A stretch of 64,000 bases of DNA from Lama guanicoe (taxonomy: Eukaryota). Under the pieces are notes generated by a model. That model ran no database searches, was not told where the DNA came from, and saw only the letters and a program-made list of their open reading frames with translations. This document shows positions 38,125-50,566 of this stretch, in pieces. A program made the position numbers and the translations under genes. The first letter of the stretch is position 1; each line of letters starts with the position of its first letter. The stretch is from contig MU054187.1 of assembly GCA_013239625.1 (NCBI GenBank), forward strand, positions 22,075,280-22,139,279. The letters are read 5' to 3'.

Positions 38125-38660
38125 TTTTTTTTTCATACCCAGATCTCTTTTATTGGCGGGGGGAGGGATGAAGCACTGGGCGGGTGGGGCTCTCACAGCC
38201 CAGCGTGGTCACTGGCGCTGCCCCCCGAGGCCCGCGGCTCCACCACATCCCGTCGCCCAGGTGGGCTGGAGAAGGGCTCGATGCGCAGGGCCTCGAAGGC
38301 TCACCCGCCCCGAAGGCTGGCCCCGCAGTGGCGGGGACGTGCGGCCTTTCGGTCCTGCTGGAGAAGCCGCATTCGCCCGAGGTCGTGCCGTCATTGAGAA
38401 CCTGGTCGTCCTTGTACAGGCTCTGCTGCTCGGGGCTGCTTGAGGATGCCCTCGATGATGCGCTTCAGCTCCAACACGGTGCTGGACTCCCTGGCTTCAG
38501 TGAAGATGGTGCTCTCGTGACGCCGGATCATGAGAAACGCGTCCATCCTGCTGGCAGCGTCCGCTCTCCCCTACGCGCCTGCGCGGGACTCCGCTGCTTT
38601 CCCAGCAGCCCTCGCGCGGGCCTGCCCCCAGCATGCCCCGCGGCCCCAGCTCCTCCCCTG
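38125..38660 (-). pseudogene. ELOB: ELOB (Elongin B/TCEB2) processed pseudogene; former CDS 38546 to 38193
   Basis: The minus strand from the ATG at 38546 gives [36 protein letters not shown], then after a frameshift [18 protein letters not shown], then after a second frameshift FEALRIEPFSSPP. No introns; AATAAA at 38154-38149; A9 tail at 38133-38125. Confidence 0.96.
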
Positions 38661-38788
38661 ATGTTGTAAGACGTTTACCAAGTTGCCTGAAGCACAGAAA
38701 CGCTTGTCTCCACTTCGCTCTTTTTGTCCTGTATCTCTACATCCTTTCACCTCTCATGACCTCTTTTTCAGTTTATACACTCATTTTT

Positions 38789-39187
38789 TTTTAAGTTGAA
38801 GCATACTGATTCAGCTATACATATATATTATTTTTCATTTTTTTCATTATAGGTTATTACACAAGCTATTGTATGTAGTTTCCTGTGCTATACAGTACGA
38901 CCTTGTTGTTTATGTATTTTATGTATAATAGTTTGTATCTGCTAATCCCAAACCCTTAATTTGTCCCTCCCCTCTTCTCATTTTCTCCTTGGGTAACTAG
39001 GTTTGTTTTCTGTGTCTGGGAATATGTTTCTGTTTTGTAAATAAGTTCATTTATGTCATTTTTTTTTTTGGATTCCATATATGGTGTCTTTGACTTATTT
39101 TACTTAATATGATAATCTCTACGTCCATCCACGTGGCTGCAGATGGTATTATTTCATTTTTATTTTGGGGCTGAGGAGTATTCTATT
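38789..39187 (-). mobile_element. L1 3' end (artiodactyl-type) with TSD
   Basis: TSD cactcattttt at 38778-38788 and 39188-39198; 'ttcattataggttattac...cctgtgctatacagta'. Confidence 0.9.
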
Positions 39188-39276
39188 CACTCATTTTTGT
39201 CCCTCACATTTCTTCTTCTTCTCTCCACCATTCCCTATGGAAAAGCCAAAAAAAAAAAAAAAAGCTATAGTTTACA

Positions 39277-40005
39277 TGTAAAATATCTACATATAGCATA
39301 ATACAAAATATATTTGTTCTTTATCTCCAATTCTGGCATCCTTGGAATTCCCTGAGTGGTAGGAGTGTCTTTTGTTATTCATTACAAGCCCCTTTCAATC
39401 ATGCCTAAGTTTATAATAAGATGACTTAGGATGGGGCCCCTCAATAACTCCAGGATGGGGCTGGTCACCAAAACAGGAGATGAGAGGTTGGAATTTCTAT
39501 CGCCATCCACCCACCTCCTGGGAGTGAAGGATCTGCTGGAGGTTGAGCTCTATGAAAACTTTTAAACAAGATTTAGATAACATTCAGGTTGGTGCACAGA
39601 CCAAGATTATGAGAGTGTGGTGCAGCTGGGGAGGGCATAGAGACTCTGTGTCCTGCCCCCGCCTTACCCTATACATCACTTCCATTTGGCTGTTCTTGAA
39701 ATTATATCCTTTATAATAAATTGGTAAACATAACTGAAATGTTTTCCTGAATTCTGTGAGCCATTTCAGCAAATTCTCAAACCTGAGGAGGGGTTGTGGA
39801 AACCCATTTATCGCAAGTCAGAAGTATGAGTGACTCCAGACTTGCAATTAGTATCTAAAGTTGGGGCACCTTTGTGGGACTGAACCCTTTAATCTGTGGG
39901 GTCTGATGCCAACTCCAAGTAGATAATGTCAGAACAGAATTGAATTATTGGACACCAGCTGGTGTTGGAAAATTGAAGAATTGTTTGGTATTAGAAAAAC
40001 ACCAG
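39277..40005 (+). mobile_element. MER21-like LTR
   Basis: 'ccttggaattccctgagtggtaggagtgtcttttgttattc...ggatggggctggtcacca...tatcctttataataaa...gatgccaactcca...gaattattggacaccagctggtgt'. Confidence 0.75.
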
Positions 40006-40559
40006 TCTACAAATGCTTCAAAATTAACAGCTGATTAGATAACTGCCTGAGATGATTAGATCCTTGCTTATTAATGAACTATTCAAGGGTTATTTATTAC
40101 ATTTGCACTTTGTATACAAGGGTTGAATTTTGCTCACTTTTTAAATGACTTAAAAGTGGGACAGGTGGAAATTTCCAATGTAGCCTTCTCTCTTAAAGGC
40201 CACTGAATTTGAAAATGCAAATCAACATGAAGACATTTTATGCAGTTTGTTGTAATAGGTCATATCTAATACAAGTGTAATATGTATTATTATTGCACTA
40301 GCTGAGAGAATCTTTTCAAATTACACACAAAGACCCATTGCTTAACTCGGGGTGGGGGGGCAATATCAGGTAGCCAAATGTATGCTTTACATAAAAACAA
40401 ATGAATTATGAGGTCAGTGTGCTTGTATAAAAAAATGCATGCTAAAATAAAATTTGTAAAATTCCTTTGTTGGGATGAGATTCGCATTGTGGATAATTTC
40501 TTCACATACTCAACTATTTGCACAGAAGTTTTTATAAAATAATTTGAAATATATTTTTA

Positions 40560-40616
40560 TATGTATTTATTGAAGTATAGTCAGTTTACAATGTTGTATC
40601 AATTTCTGGTGTACAG
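40560..40616 (-). mobile_element. 57-bp L1 3' terminus with 15-bp TSD
   Basis: TSD tgaaatatattttta at 40545-40559 and 40617-40631 flanks 'tttattgaagtatagtcagtttacaatgttgtatcaatttctggtgtacag'. Confidence 0.88.
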
Positions 40617-40799
40617 TGAAATATATTTTTAGTGGCTGAAAAATCTCAAATGCCATTAGGGGCTAACCAAATAACAGACTATAAGAAAATGGGTAGTGGT
40701 GAAGACTGTGATATAGTGCATTTCTAACTAAAATCATTCACAATAAAGCTATTAAAAATAAGTAGGCAAATAAATACAACTTTAACAATATTACAGAAG

Positions 40800-43060
40800 A
40801 TAAAACCCTATTTACAATAGCAACAAAAAGATAAAATCATTAAGAACAAGCAATAAGAAAGTGGTAAAGGTGTATGAAGATTTCAATTATAAACCCTCAG
40901 TCTACGAAAATAAGAACTGCAATCAAATCTTGATCTCTTCGTGGTAGATTTGTTTTTCATGATATATACGCAGCAACCCCACAACTGTTTTGAGTGTTGT
41001 TAGATTGAACAACGGAGAAGAGAGATGCAAACAAAGGAGATCATTGTGGGGCTGAGATGAAATTGGAGGTTATCGGTATAAACTCATCATTTCTAAAATA
41101 AATAGTAGCTTGTCTCCATAGATGGCTACTCTCAACATCTTCCCTCCCTGAACATGCCCACCAGACTGCCACAGAGAGACGATATCTATTTCTCCACCTG
41201 CTTGAATCCAGGCTTTCTGTGTCTACTTATACCAATAAAATGTGGGAGAGGACACTGTATTGGTTCCAGACTTTGCCTGAAAGAGGATTGGCAGTTTCAG
41301 CTTCCTCCCCTCACCCCTGTCCATCTCTTCTCAGAACCCAGCCATCAGGCTGTTGAAGCCACACAGAGAGGCCAGTTAGAGGTGCTCCAGTTGACACCCG
41401 CAGCTGAGCTCTCACCAACAGTCGGCATCCACTGCCAGCCTGGTGAGTGAGCCACCTTGGATGTCCATTCCAGTCCAACTTTCAGACAACGCCAGTCCCT
41501 GGCACTACTTAACTGTCACCGCACGAGAGAGCCCAAGCAACTGCTTGGCTGAGCCCAGGCAGCACAACAACTGTGAGAAACAATAATAAATTGTTGTTTC
41601 AAGTCACTACACTTTGGGGTGGCTTGTTATATAGCAACAGATAGCTGAAAACTGCTGAAAGACCAGGGAAGCACTACATCTCAGAAACAATGATCTCAGT
41701 GCCCAGGTCAGTGTCCAGATTTTTCTAAACATCACTTCCCACCAAAAGAAAATGGTTTTTGTTTGTTTTAGAAATGACTGATTCTGGGGCTGAGGCAGCA
41801 AAAGCACAAGATGAATCAAGAACACTTTGAGCCAGAAAAATAAAGAAGTGCTAATAAATAAATAAGTCAAATGACACAGGCAGACAGTTTGAAGGAGACA
41901 GATCTGGTACAATTTCAGAATCAAAATAAATGAAGACAAAATTGAGTAAAAAATAATCCGTGAGTTCATGCTGATAAGAAATAAAAAGGGAAGAGGAGAA
42001 AAGGAGGAATGAAAAGAAAGAAAAAGAGAAAAAGTCAACTTCTTCCTTACAGTACAATGCTGACTAATATACAGAAAAGATGATGGAGTTAGAAAGTCAT
42101 CACTTTACAACTCTCGTACGAAAAAAATTATTTTAAGCAAGAATCATTAATGTAAGCTAAATCAAGGTGGGGAAAGGGAGTTGGATAAGGAACAGGATAC
42201 ATACATATTCTCAAAGCATCTTCCCACAAATTACTTAATTACAAAAGGGAAAACAGTATAACAATACTGTGGAGAAAATAGAGAAAACCTTGACCAGGTG
42301 ATTAAAATTAATATAATCAAGGTGTGGGGATGGGGATGAATGGGCATTTTGACCTGCCAGACATATTTCATGGAGAAAGACACAACATCTGTTATACAGT
42401 ATGTTAGCCAAAAATGCATAACCTAAATCCGATCATGAGGAAACTTGAAAAACCCAAACGGAGAGACATTCTGTAAATTAACTGACCTGAATTCTTCAAA
42501 TATGTTGTGGGTGTCATAACAAACAAACAAGCAAACCCAAAAGAAAGGCTGAGGAACTGTTCCAGATCAAGGAAACTAGACAGACAAGGCAACTAAATAG
42601 AGAATGCGAAACTAGACTGGTTTTCATATTGGAGGAAACTGCTTTGGGGAACATGACGGGAACAGGTGGATGAAAGTGGAATATGGAAAGTAGATAAGAG
42701 AAATATGTCAGTGGTAAATTTTCCAAATTTGATCATTGTACTGGGGTATAGAATTAACATTGTGCAGGAGTTATCCTTGTTCATAGAAAATACACATGGA
42801 TGCGTTAAGGAATAAAAGAAATGACATGCAACCTACTCTCAAAAAATTTTTACAAACTGGGAAATAATAGACAAAAAAACTATGGGGTGGGTGTGTGTGT
42901 GTTTGTGGAGAGAAAGAGATACACGGGGGAAAAAATGACTGATAAATCACATGAGGCAAAATGTGCAAAAATTGGTGAGTCTAGGTAAAGCATATATAGA
43001 TGTTCTTTGTTCACATTTTCAAAACTAAACATTATTTTTCAAATTTTGAAAATTCTAAAA
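40800..43060 (+). mobile_element. old L1 (L1MC-like) region interrupted by an MLT1 LTR, apparently within a split MER103-like element (40633-40770 and 43070-43140)
   Basis: L1MC-type 3' UTR motifs 'accttgaccaggtgattaaaattaatata', 'gctgaggaactgttccagat' and 'tttgatcattgtact...catggatgcgttaagg'. Confidence 0.65.
41105..41655 (+). mobile_element. MLT1 (MaLR) LTR
   Basis: 'tgccagcctggtgagtgagccaccttggatgtcc...gctgagcccag...aataataaattgttgtttcaagtcactacactttggggtggcttgttatatagcaacagatagct'. Confidence 0.85.
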
Positions 43061-43692
43061 CAAAGTCTGTGGGGGAAAACAAAGACAAAACAGTTTATAA
43101 GTCAAAACCTACCCATGAGCTGCCAGTCCGTGGCCTCTGATTCAAAATATCATTGACTTACCTGAAACACTTAAGGAAAGAGTTCAAACAAGTAAACAAA
43201 ATGGCCACCTAATTGCACTGAAACTGGACTCAATGAAAATAAAAGGCTTTTGAATCTTCCACCTCAAGGCAGATTCTATGTTGCTATGCCTGGGTGTCAT
43301 TTCTTCCTTAAAATTACTTTTTAAAAGGCTGGAGGGGGAAATTTTCAAAACAAGGTAATAGTGTGAGCATTTCAGCTTAGAGTCAAAGACTTGAGGATGG
43401 TCTAGGGCCCTGAGAGGCAGATTATCTGCCTGCCTGGCTCTTTCCTGGTGTTACAGAACAGGGACACTGTTCTATCTGGCAGTAAGGAGTTATATCATGT
43501 GACAGTTTTCCAGATAAAAAGCTTTTACCTAAAATGCTTTATTGAAAAATGATCATTTTTTAAATCTGTTCCAACCTATTCCCTACTTGAGACTGGAGAA
43601 CATGCAGTCATTCGTATCAGTCATCTTCAAGATTTCGACTGTGATCTGCAAGGGAGAAGGTTAATTATGGATGCATATTAATAGACATAATA

Positions 43693-44206
43693 TATCCACA
43701 ATAGGGAAGAACAAATCTGACTCCTTATTAGATCTGTCCCTTTAGCTCTTACCCTGTGTTCCATTTACTGGGCTCAGTCATGCTGGTCTGCACCTTTTGT
43801 AAAAGAATTTGCCTATAGTCTGACATATACAGGACAGCCTATTCTCAAGTCTCTGACCTTTAAGTGTATAACACTTTCCCATTCATATAAAAAAAGTTGC
43901 AGAAGAGAAAATAACATTTGTCTTGTTGGAGATTTACAGGAACACCATGATCTGACCTATGTGGACAGCTCCAAAAACAAAACATTCTGACATCAAGAAG
44001 TTTGCAACAACCAACCTCACCCCTTCCTCTTTTTAATATAAAAAGTGCCTGAATTCTGACTTGGGGAAGATGGTTCTCCAAGACATTGGTTTGCCATCTT
44101 CTTGGTCTGCTGGTACTCTGAATAAAGTCATTATTCCTTGTCCCAACACCTCGTCTCCCAATTTATGGGCCTCTTGAGCCACAAACAGAACTCGGGCTTG
44201 GTAACA
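43693..44206 (+). mobile_element. ERV1-class solo LTR
   Basis: 'aatagggaagaacaaatctgactcc...' start, TATA-like 'tataaaaa' near 44037, AATAAA near 44121, ends 'ttggtaaca'. Confidence 0.82.
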
Positions 44207-44469
44207 TTGCCTCTTTTCCTATCAGCATCTTTGCTGTCAACCTTTAAAGAAGCCGGAGTCTTACCTCGCCATATCCATTTAACAAATAACATTTACTAGC
44301 ATATAACATATAACATTAACATATAACATATCCATTTACTATTCCACTAATAGGTAAATTGGAAAGAAAAAAACACATTAAAAATAAACATTTAAAAAGA
44401 GAGAGACAAAAACCAAATTATAAATAGGACCCTAGTTGTCCTTTCCGACTCTACTTTGGATACACTGTT

Positions 44470-44945
44470 GAGAAAAGTCTAAATTCCTTCCTGCATCATT
44501 GGAGGACAGTCACAGTTTACCTTCCTCGCTTCACTTCCTGCTACTCTCCAGTCCTCTGCACTCCGGTCACCTGGGATTGCTCACCGGGCTTCAAACCCGT
44601 CAAGCCTGGTCACACCTCTGGTCTCTGCTCCTGCTTTCCCCTGTTTTTCTGGTCAGGCCAGCGGGGAGGGGGTGGACAAACATCACACACATACTACTTA
44701 GTCCTTAAGACTTGTCCCAAAGTCACCTCTTTCATGAAGCCCCCTCCTGTCACAGTTGTTTCCTTCTCTCAGACATCTTAGTTCACCAAAGTAGTTTATG
44801 TAAATTATATTATGTATGTAAATTACACGAGTCTGTGAACTCCACAAAATGTGGGTCTGTGAAGAACAAAACCATTTGATTTTTATCTTTGCTTGATTTC
44901 CAGCACCTCGTATGTGGCAAGGGTTCAATCAAAGTTTATCTAATT
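44470..44945 (+). mobile_element. L2 fragments
   Basis: 'aaagtctaaattcctt', 'aagtcacctcttcatgaagccc' and a 3' end 'cagcacctcgtatgtggca...ttcaat'. Confidence 0.55.
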
Positions 44946-45180
44946 TAGTTTCGATAGGGAAGTTTTATTCTAGTTGAACTCTTCTTTTTAAAAGATCCTG
45001 TTTTCTAGGAAAGCTGTAAAGGCATCGATTAGAAGTAAAATTAGTCCACAGGCATCTTATGTATATATACAAGTTAACTTGTCATCAAATGTAACAATTG
45101 TGATGAATCTGTAATTCTTGGTTTCTTCTTTCAGTAACGTCTTCCAAAGTGTTGTCCAAGGAATGCTATTCTGGTGAGAT

Positions 45181-45220
45181 ATAAAATAAAATAAAATAAG
45201 TTAAATAAAATAAAATAAAA
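45181..45220. repeat. (AAAAT)n simple repeat
   Basis: About 8 units with one interruption. Confidence 0.85.
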
Positions 45221-47597
45221 GTAATTTAGTAGTTAAAGATGCCTGCTTCATTTAACATTTAACTGGATCAAACTAATAATAACTCATTTCAAGAATAAAC
45301 TATGCGAGCTAATGTATTTTTTTCCCTCAGCAATTTTTAGCCTTTCTGGTTCACCGTGCATGTGGCAGAGTGTCTCCCAGCACTCTGAGGGGACCAGACT
45401 AACCCAGGAAGTGGGGTGGTGAGTCAGGACCATGGGGTTTCTGGTTCACACAGACAACTGCACTGCGCTGACCATTTGAGAACCAAAGGAATCCCATAGC
45501 CTGGGAGTTAATGAGTGATGTTACAGAAAAACACAAACAAGGAAGGAGTTGCCTTTGTGGTTACAACTTTCTGTATGTAAAATAAGCCTGGATCACTCCA
45601 GGGACCAACACAGTGCTTGCGGTTCAAAGTGGTAAGCTAATGGTAAAAATAAGATTGATCACTTTTAGAGCAGTAGGAGGTCCTAGACCAGGGGCTTTTA
45701 ACCAAGGACTCCTTTGAGAAGTCAAAGAGAGGAGTCATGAAAACTTGACAAAGACATGCCATGCCCTTGGGGAAAACCTATATCCCTTACCTAGGGAGCA
45801 AGGCCTTAAAGAGGTCCTGGAACCTCCTTTCTCTACTGTGGTTTCTTCATGTTCATGGGCAGTTCATTATTTGTGTGTGTTGTGCTTTTTCAAAATAACT
45901 CTTGAGACGTTGAACAACTTCTTAGCACTCTGAATATTCATGTAAGATCTCCAGAAGCATTTTGACACAAATATTAAAGCCTGAGAATCAATCCAAACTT
46001 CCTGAGAGTTTTAGCAAAGTTTTTGTCATATATACAAAATACCTTGAATTACATACTCATAAGTTCCAAGGTACCCATTTTCCTAATAAAATAAATAATG
46101 TATAAATAAGGTTTTAATGTATACTAGAATTAGGTTGACTCTCTCCATGTTAAACTTGGACCCTCGTAAGACACCGCTGTCAGTAAAAACAAAAAATTAC
46201 ACAGATTCCTCATTATATGGCTAATATTGAAAGCTCATGGGACTACTCTAATATATTTGGATCAATATATATTATTGGCTTTATTCAACCTACACCAGCA
46301 GAAAGATTTATATGAATAATTCTGTATTATAAGAAACTCTTCTTTGTTTAACATTCACTTATTACTATACTTTCCTGTGAAAGAAAAGGAAACTCAGGCC
46401 ACAAAAGGATTAGTAGCTCTAAGAATCAGCTGAGAGGACTGTCAAAAAGGAAAGAATAATTTTTAAAATTTTGGTCTTTGACCTCAGAATAGAATGGCAG
46501 ATCTACAAAATCCTAAGTCTATGTATGGTTCTGATTATTTCTCGTTCCTAAAGAAGATACTTTAATTTATTAACATGTAAGTTATCTATTACATTTTTTA
46601 AACATTCAGGTGAGCACAAAGGGATTATTTCAGCCTGGTTTCAACAAGATCTGATTTAGACAGCAACTCTCAGAACAGAAAAAAAGGCAAAGATAATTCA
46701 AAGACATATAACTGACTTTTCCTAAAACCTCAAATATGGAGAAACTTGAACATCCATCCACCTTTTCTGTCCCCACGTCTCCCTTGTGATGCAATGAAAG
46801 CTTTATAAACACAAGGTTGGTGTGTAGTCAGCCAAGGTCTCAAAGGGCAGGTCCTTTCTTATTCTGTTTGTGTTGGAACTTTGATCTTATCTCTTCTGCT
46901 GATCCCAAACCAAGCTCTTGTTGCCCCAACAGTTAGTCCAGTTTGGGGGCTGAGGAGGGCATCAGCTGTGAGGACTGGAGAGCCCGCCACAGGAGGGATA
47001 GGCATGGGAACCAGGGAGGTGAAAATGCAGTGGGCACGCTGAGCAGCACTGATGTGGTGACGCTGCAGACATCCTGTCCCAGAGGACTTCGGGGATTGTC
47101 ACAGGAAGCCAGGGTCCACTGAGAAACTGTATATTTGGCCACTGTCTTCATACAGTGAGGTAAAAATTAAACCATAATAAATGATTGCTTATTAATAAAA
47201 CTATTGTATTAAAATGTCTTACATAGTAATGACTCCTTAATTATTCAAATTGCCCAGTAGGAGATGTATAGACTGAAAACTGACATGCAGGTTTGGAAAC
47301 TTAACTCTGGTTATCAGATGGAAATGAGAAGATATATGACACCAACTATAATTCAGCTATGGGAAAACTAGTTGATCCCAAGACAAATCTACACGACTGG
47401 CTGGAACCTAAGAAGAAAACCTGTGGTGTTTACTCCATCATGGCCTAATATTTCATGATTACGTAGTAAACACTATGAGATGCTCTCATGATATCCTTAA
47501 CTCCTTCCTCAATCTCCATGTGCAGTTAGTCACCAAGATTTACCCAGTTGACATGACTCTTGAATAGGATGTCTCTTCCACCATCCCATGTCACTAG

Positions 47598-47732
47598 CTT
47601 TTTTAAAAATTTGTTTTGTTTTGGGGAGGGAGGTAATTAGGTTTATTTATTTATTAACGGCAGTACTGGGGATTGAACCCAGGACCTTGTGCATGCTAAG
47701 CACGTGCTCTACTACTGAGCTATGCCCTCCCC
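47598..47732 (-). mobile_element. tRNA-derived SINE (Vic-1-like) inserted in an L2 (about 47490-48130)
   Basis: Antisense B box 'gggattgaaccc' and A box 'ctctactactgagctat'; TSD ca(t/c)gtcacta at 47587-47596 and 47736-47745. Confidence 0.9.
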
Positions 47733-50259
47733 TATCACGTCACTACTTTAATTCACTCTTCCAGGTAGTCTGTACACGAGGCTACTGAGGTTATCATTCC
47801 AACAAGCATGGGACAAATATGCTCTCTTTTGCACCCGGGATAAAATCCAACTTCTTGGCATGGTCTCCAGGGCCTTTTGCAGTCTGGCATCATTTTACCA
47901 TCATCCAACTTCATTGTCACCAGGTCCTTTCTGTAATCTATGCACATGGGATTCCACTGTTCCTCCAGCATCCCTCCCAGTCTTTACAGACTGTCCCCTC
48001 TCCCCAGGAAGACATTTCTTTGACCTTCCCCTGGTTAGCTCCAATTAATCTCAAAACACCAGTTCAAATGTCCTCTTCTCTGTAAAATCTTCTTTTAGCC
48101 ACCCATGCTCCATCCTTACTCCCACAAGGAAAGTAAATTGCCCCCTCATTCATCCAGCATTTTACTCGTATCCTATTAGGGTACATAACACATTTACAAT
48201 CCAAGATCAACTTTGAAGTCAACTCTGTCACAAATTGCTATGTGTCTTCACTGAAATAACTGTACCTCCCTGTACTTTATTTCTTCATCTGTAAATGGGG
48301 ATAAATATAGCTACGAAACAGAGAAGTTGTACCAATTCAATAATGCATTAAAGCATCAACAGTGTTCCTGGCCATAGTAAAAATTCCACAAATAGAGCAA
48401 AAATAATTATCATTAAGAATAATTATTATTGGGTTAATTATATATGTAAATATCTACGTAAGGCTTATTAAAATCCCACCAGGATAAGAACTGGACCTTT
48501 TTGCACAATCTTCATCTCACATGTACATAAATTTACTTTTTTGGTTTATCTCCAAGATGTCTGACTGATTGTCTCTTTTCTGATATAATCCCAGATGTAA
48601 GAGTCCTTTCTAGGTTCTTATCTCTGGAAAACGTGCCTAATCTGAAATGGGCAAACCAAAGTGCAGCTAAACTGTGATAAGACACAGGCCCTGATAAAGG
48701 AATATAGTTTTTAGTTACTACAGTGTTTCAGTGATGTGTTAGAAATATTTATTCTAGATATTTCTAGTTCTTTTCTTTTATATAAAGGCCTAAAGTATTT
48801 TTGGTGAAGGAGACAGCAGTGGGTGGGGGCAGTGTATGTTGAATACCTGGTGTAAACAGAATTTTCATGGTAAACATCCCTTTAGAGCTTTGCATTTTAG
48901 ATCATATTCAGGCAACTGGAGAAATATGCCCTTTCAAGAACTCTACTTCCAGCCTCCCAACACATCCCCAAAAGCAATTTGTGTTTCATAAACAGATGAG
49001 TTAAGGTTAAAATCACACTGTGAAGGTTAAAATCACACACACAGATCATACCATGTCTCTCGGCTTTCCATTTTTTTTTCTGCTGCGATAGCATTTGTTG
49101 ACAAGACCCACTTCCAACACCATCCAGAATTCTCCAGAATTTTTTGAGGTTATATATTTTAATTTTATTTACATTATATTACATATTTAACTATATTACA
49201 TTATATATTTAATTGTGTTTAAAATTAATATTTTATTAATGTATTATGTCTATCTTTTCATTCTTCAGATATTTAAATATTACATACATACATATGGCTT
49301 ATCTTGGCTACTCAGGCAACACTCATCCAAGTTCTACAACACACAAGGTTATTGCTCTCTGATCAGACAGGCGTAATAATAACTAATATTCATTAACTGC
49401 TCAGCCCTGAAAGCACTTTGCATGTTGTTCAAGCACTTTACACTCCAGTGAAGGTCACAACGGCCCATATTCTTTTCTTCAATAGTTTCTCATGCTGCTC
49501 AGTTCAGTCAATGATTGTTGCCTCTAGCATTTTCCACTAGAAATATTTTTAGTAACTGGTAGCATCCAACAATTATATTTCTTAGGACAGAGGGTTTAAC
49601 CAGAAACAAGTCAGAGGGCGCTGATAAACGTTTTTGGAAACGAGGACTCCTGGCTGCCTATGAGATGTGGATGTGAACGCTACACTAGGACCTCCATTCG
49701 TCAGAGCCCTCAGCACCTTGGTGCTGGACCAGGGTCGCTGCTTTGCGAGGTCGGACACCTGAGCCATCATTTTCCCTTCACCGCTCACTGTCTGTGCAAC
49801 CTTAGCTGTCTTCACATGGGCTCAGTTTTCTCAGGTTTGAAAGTGTGTCCTGAGGACAGAGTATTAGTCTCTGATATTTTAAGGGCTCCAATGGTTCTAA
49901 AATTTTTTTGCTTCTGTGAACACCAGAAAAAGCATTAGTAGAGTTTTATTCAAAAAAACCAATTTGAGCGTATGTCCCAGGTTTAGCACACATCTAATCT
50001 AATAGATGTTTCTGTTTCTGCATCTAAAGTGATCACCCTTACCTTTCTTTATGCTGTTCTCTTGCTCCTGAAATACTGCATCTTCCAATCTCTCCTCTTT
50101 CTGTTCATACCTTATGTCTCCCAGTGATGTCCTACCTACCAGTCATCACGTGGTCACTGTGCAGGAACCCTCTCTGCTGCCAACCAGTACTGATCACAGT
50201 TTATTCTCTCTGTATATCAAGTGTGCCATGGGGCATTAACTCATTCTGTTATGTAAAAT

Positions 50260-50432
50260 ATAAAGTGTCATTAACTTTAAGATGCACTCTTTTTATTTTT
50301 TAACATATCTCAAATCAAGATGCATCTTAATGATGTATTGCAAATATAATTGACTATTCTTTTCTGTTTTAGTGGCACAAAAAGTAATAGTGTCTATCAT
50401 AATCAGTGGCATCTTAAGTTCAATGAAAATTA
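50260..50432. mobile_element. MER104-like Tc2 DNA transposon
   Basis: 'tcattaactttaagatgcac...tttaacatatctcaaatcaagatgcatctta...tggcatcttaagttcaatgaaa' with inverted termini. Confidence 0.65.
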
Positions 50433-50437
50433 GTCAT

Positions 50438-50566
50438 GGAGAGGGTATAGCTCAGTGGTAGAGCACATGCTTAGGATGCACAAGGTCCTGGGTTCAGTCC
50501 CCAGTACCTCCTTTAAAATAAATAAATAAATCTAATTAACCCCCCCCAAAAAAAAGGAAAAAAAAA
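50438..50566 (+). mobile_element. tRNA-derived SINE (Vic-1-like)
   Basis: 'gggtatagctcagtggtagagc...ggtcctgggttcagtcccc'; TSD gaaaattagtc at 50425-50435 and 50567-50577. Confidence 0.92.

Noticed and set aside
38193..38546. Intact ELOB retrogene (the net indel is a multiple of 3)
   Set aside because: The shifted frame reaches TGA after about 51 codons, before the compensating deletion.
38184..38669. 161-aa plus-strand ORF and overlapping ORFs
   Set aside because: These are antisense frames of the ELOB pseudogene, and stop codons are rare in GC-rich DNA.
34685..41100. Segmental duplication between 34690-34830 and 40960-41100
   Set aside because: The similarity is low and short, and is explained by two copies of the same old L1 3' UTR segment.
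49605..49623. CTCF-like motifs (cagagggcgct here; similar near 10822 and 60462)
   Set aside because: Only the 3' half of the consensus matches, which cannot be supported without PWM scoring or ChIP data.
50438..50512. tRNA genes at SINE heads (also 5141, 47732, 54260, 57415, 63318)
   Set aside because: Each is followed by a SINE body or A-rich tail and bounded by TSDs, so they are SINEs.
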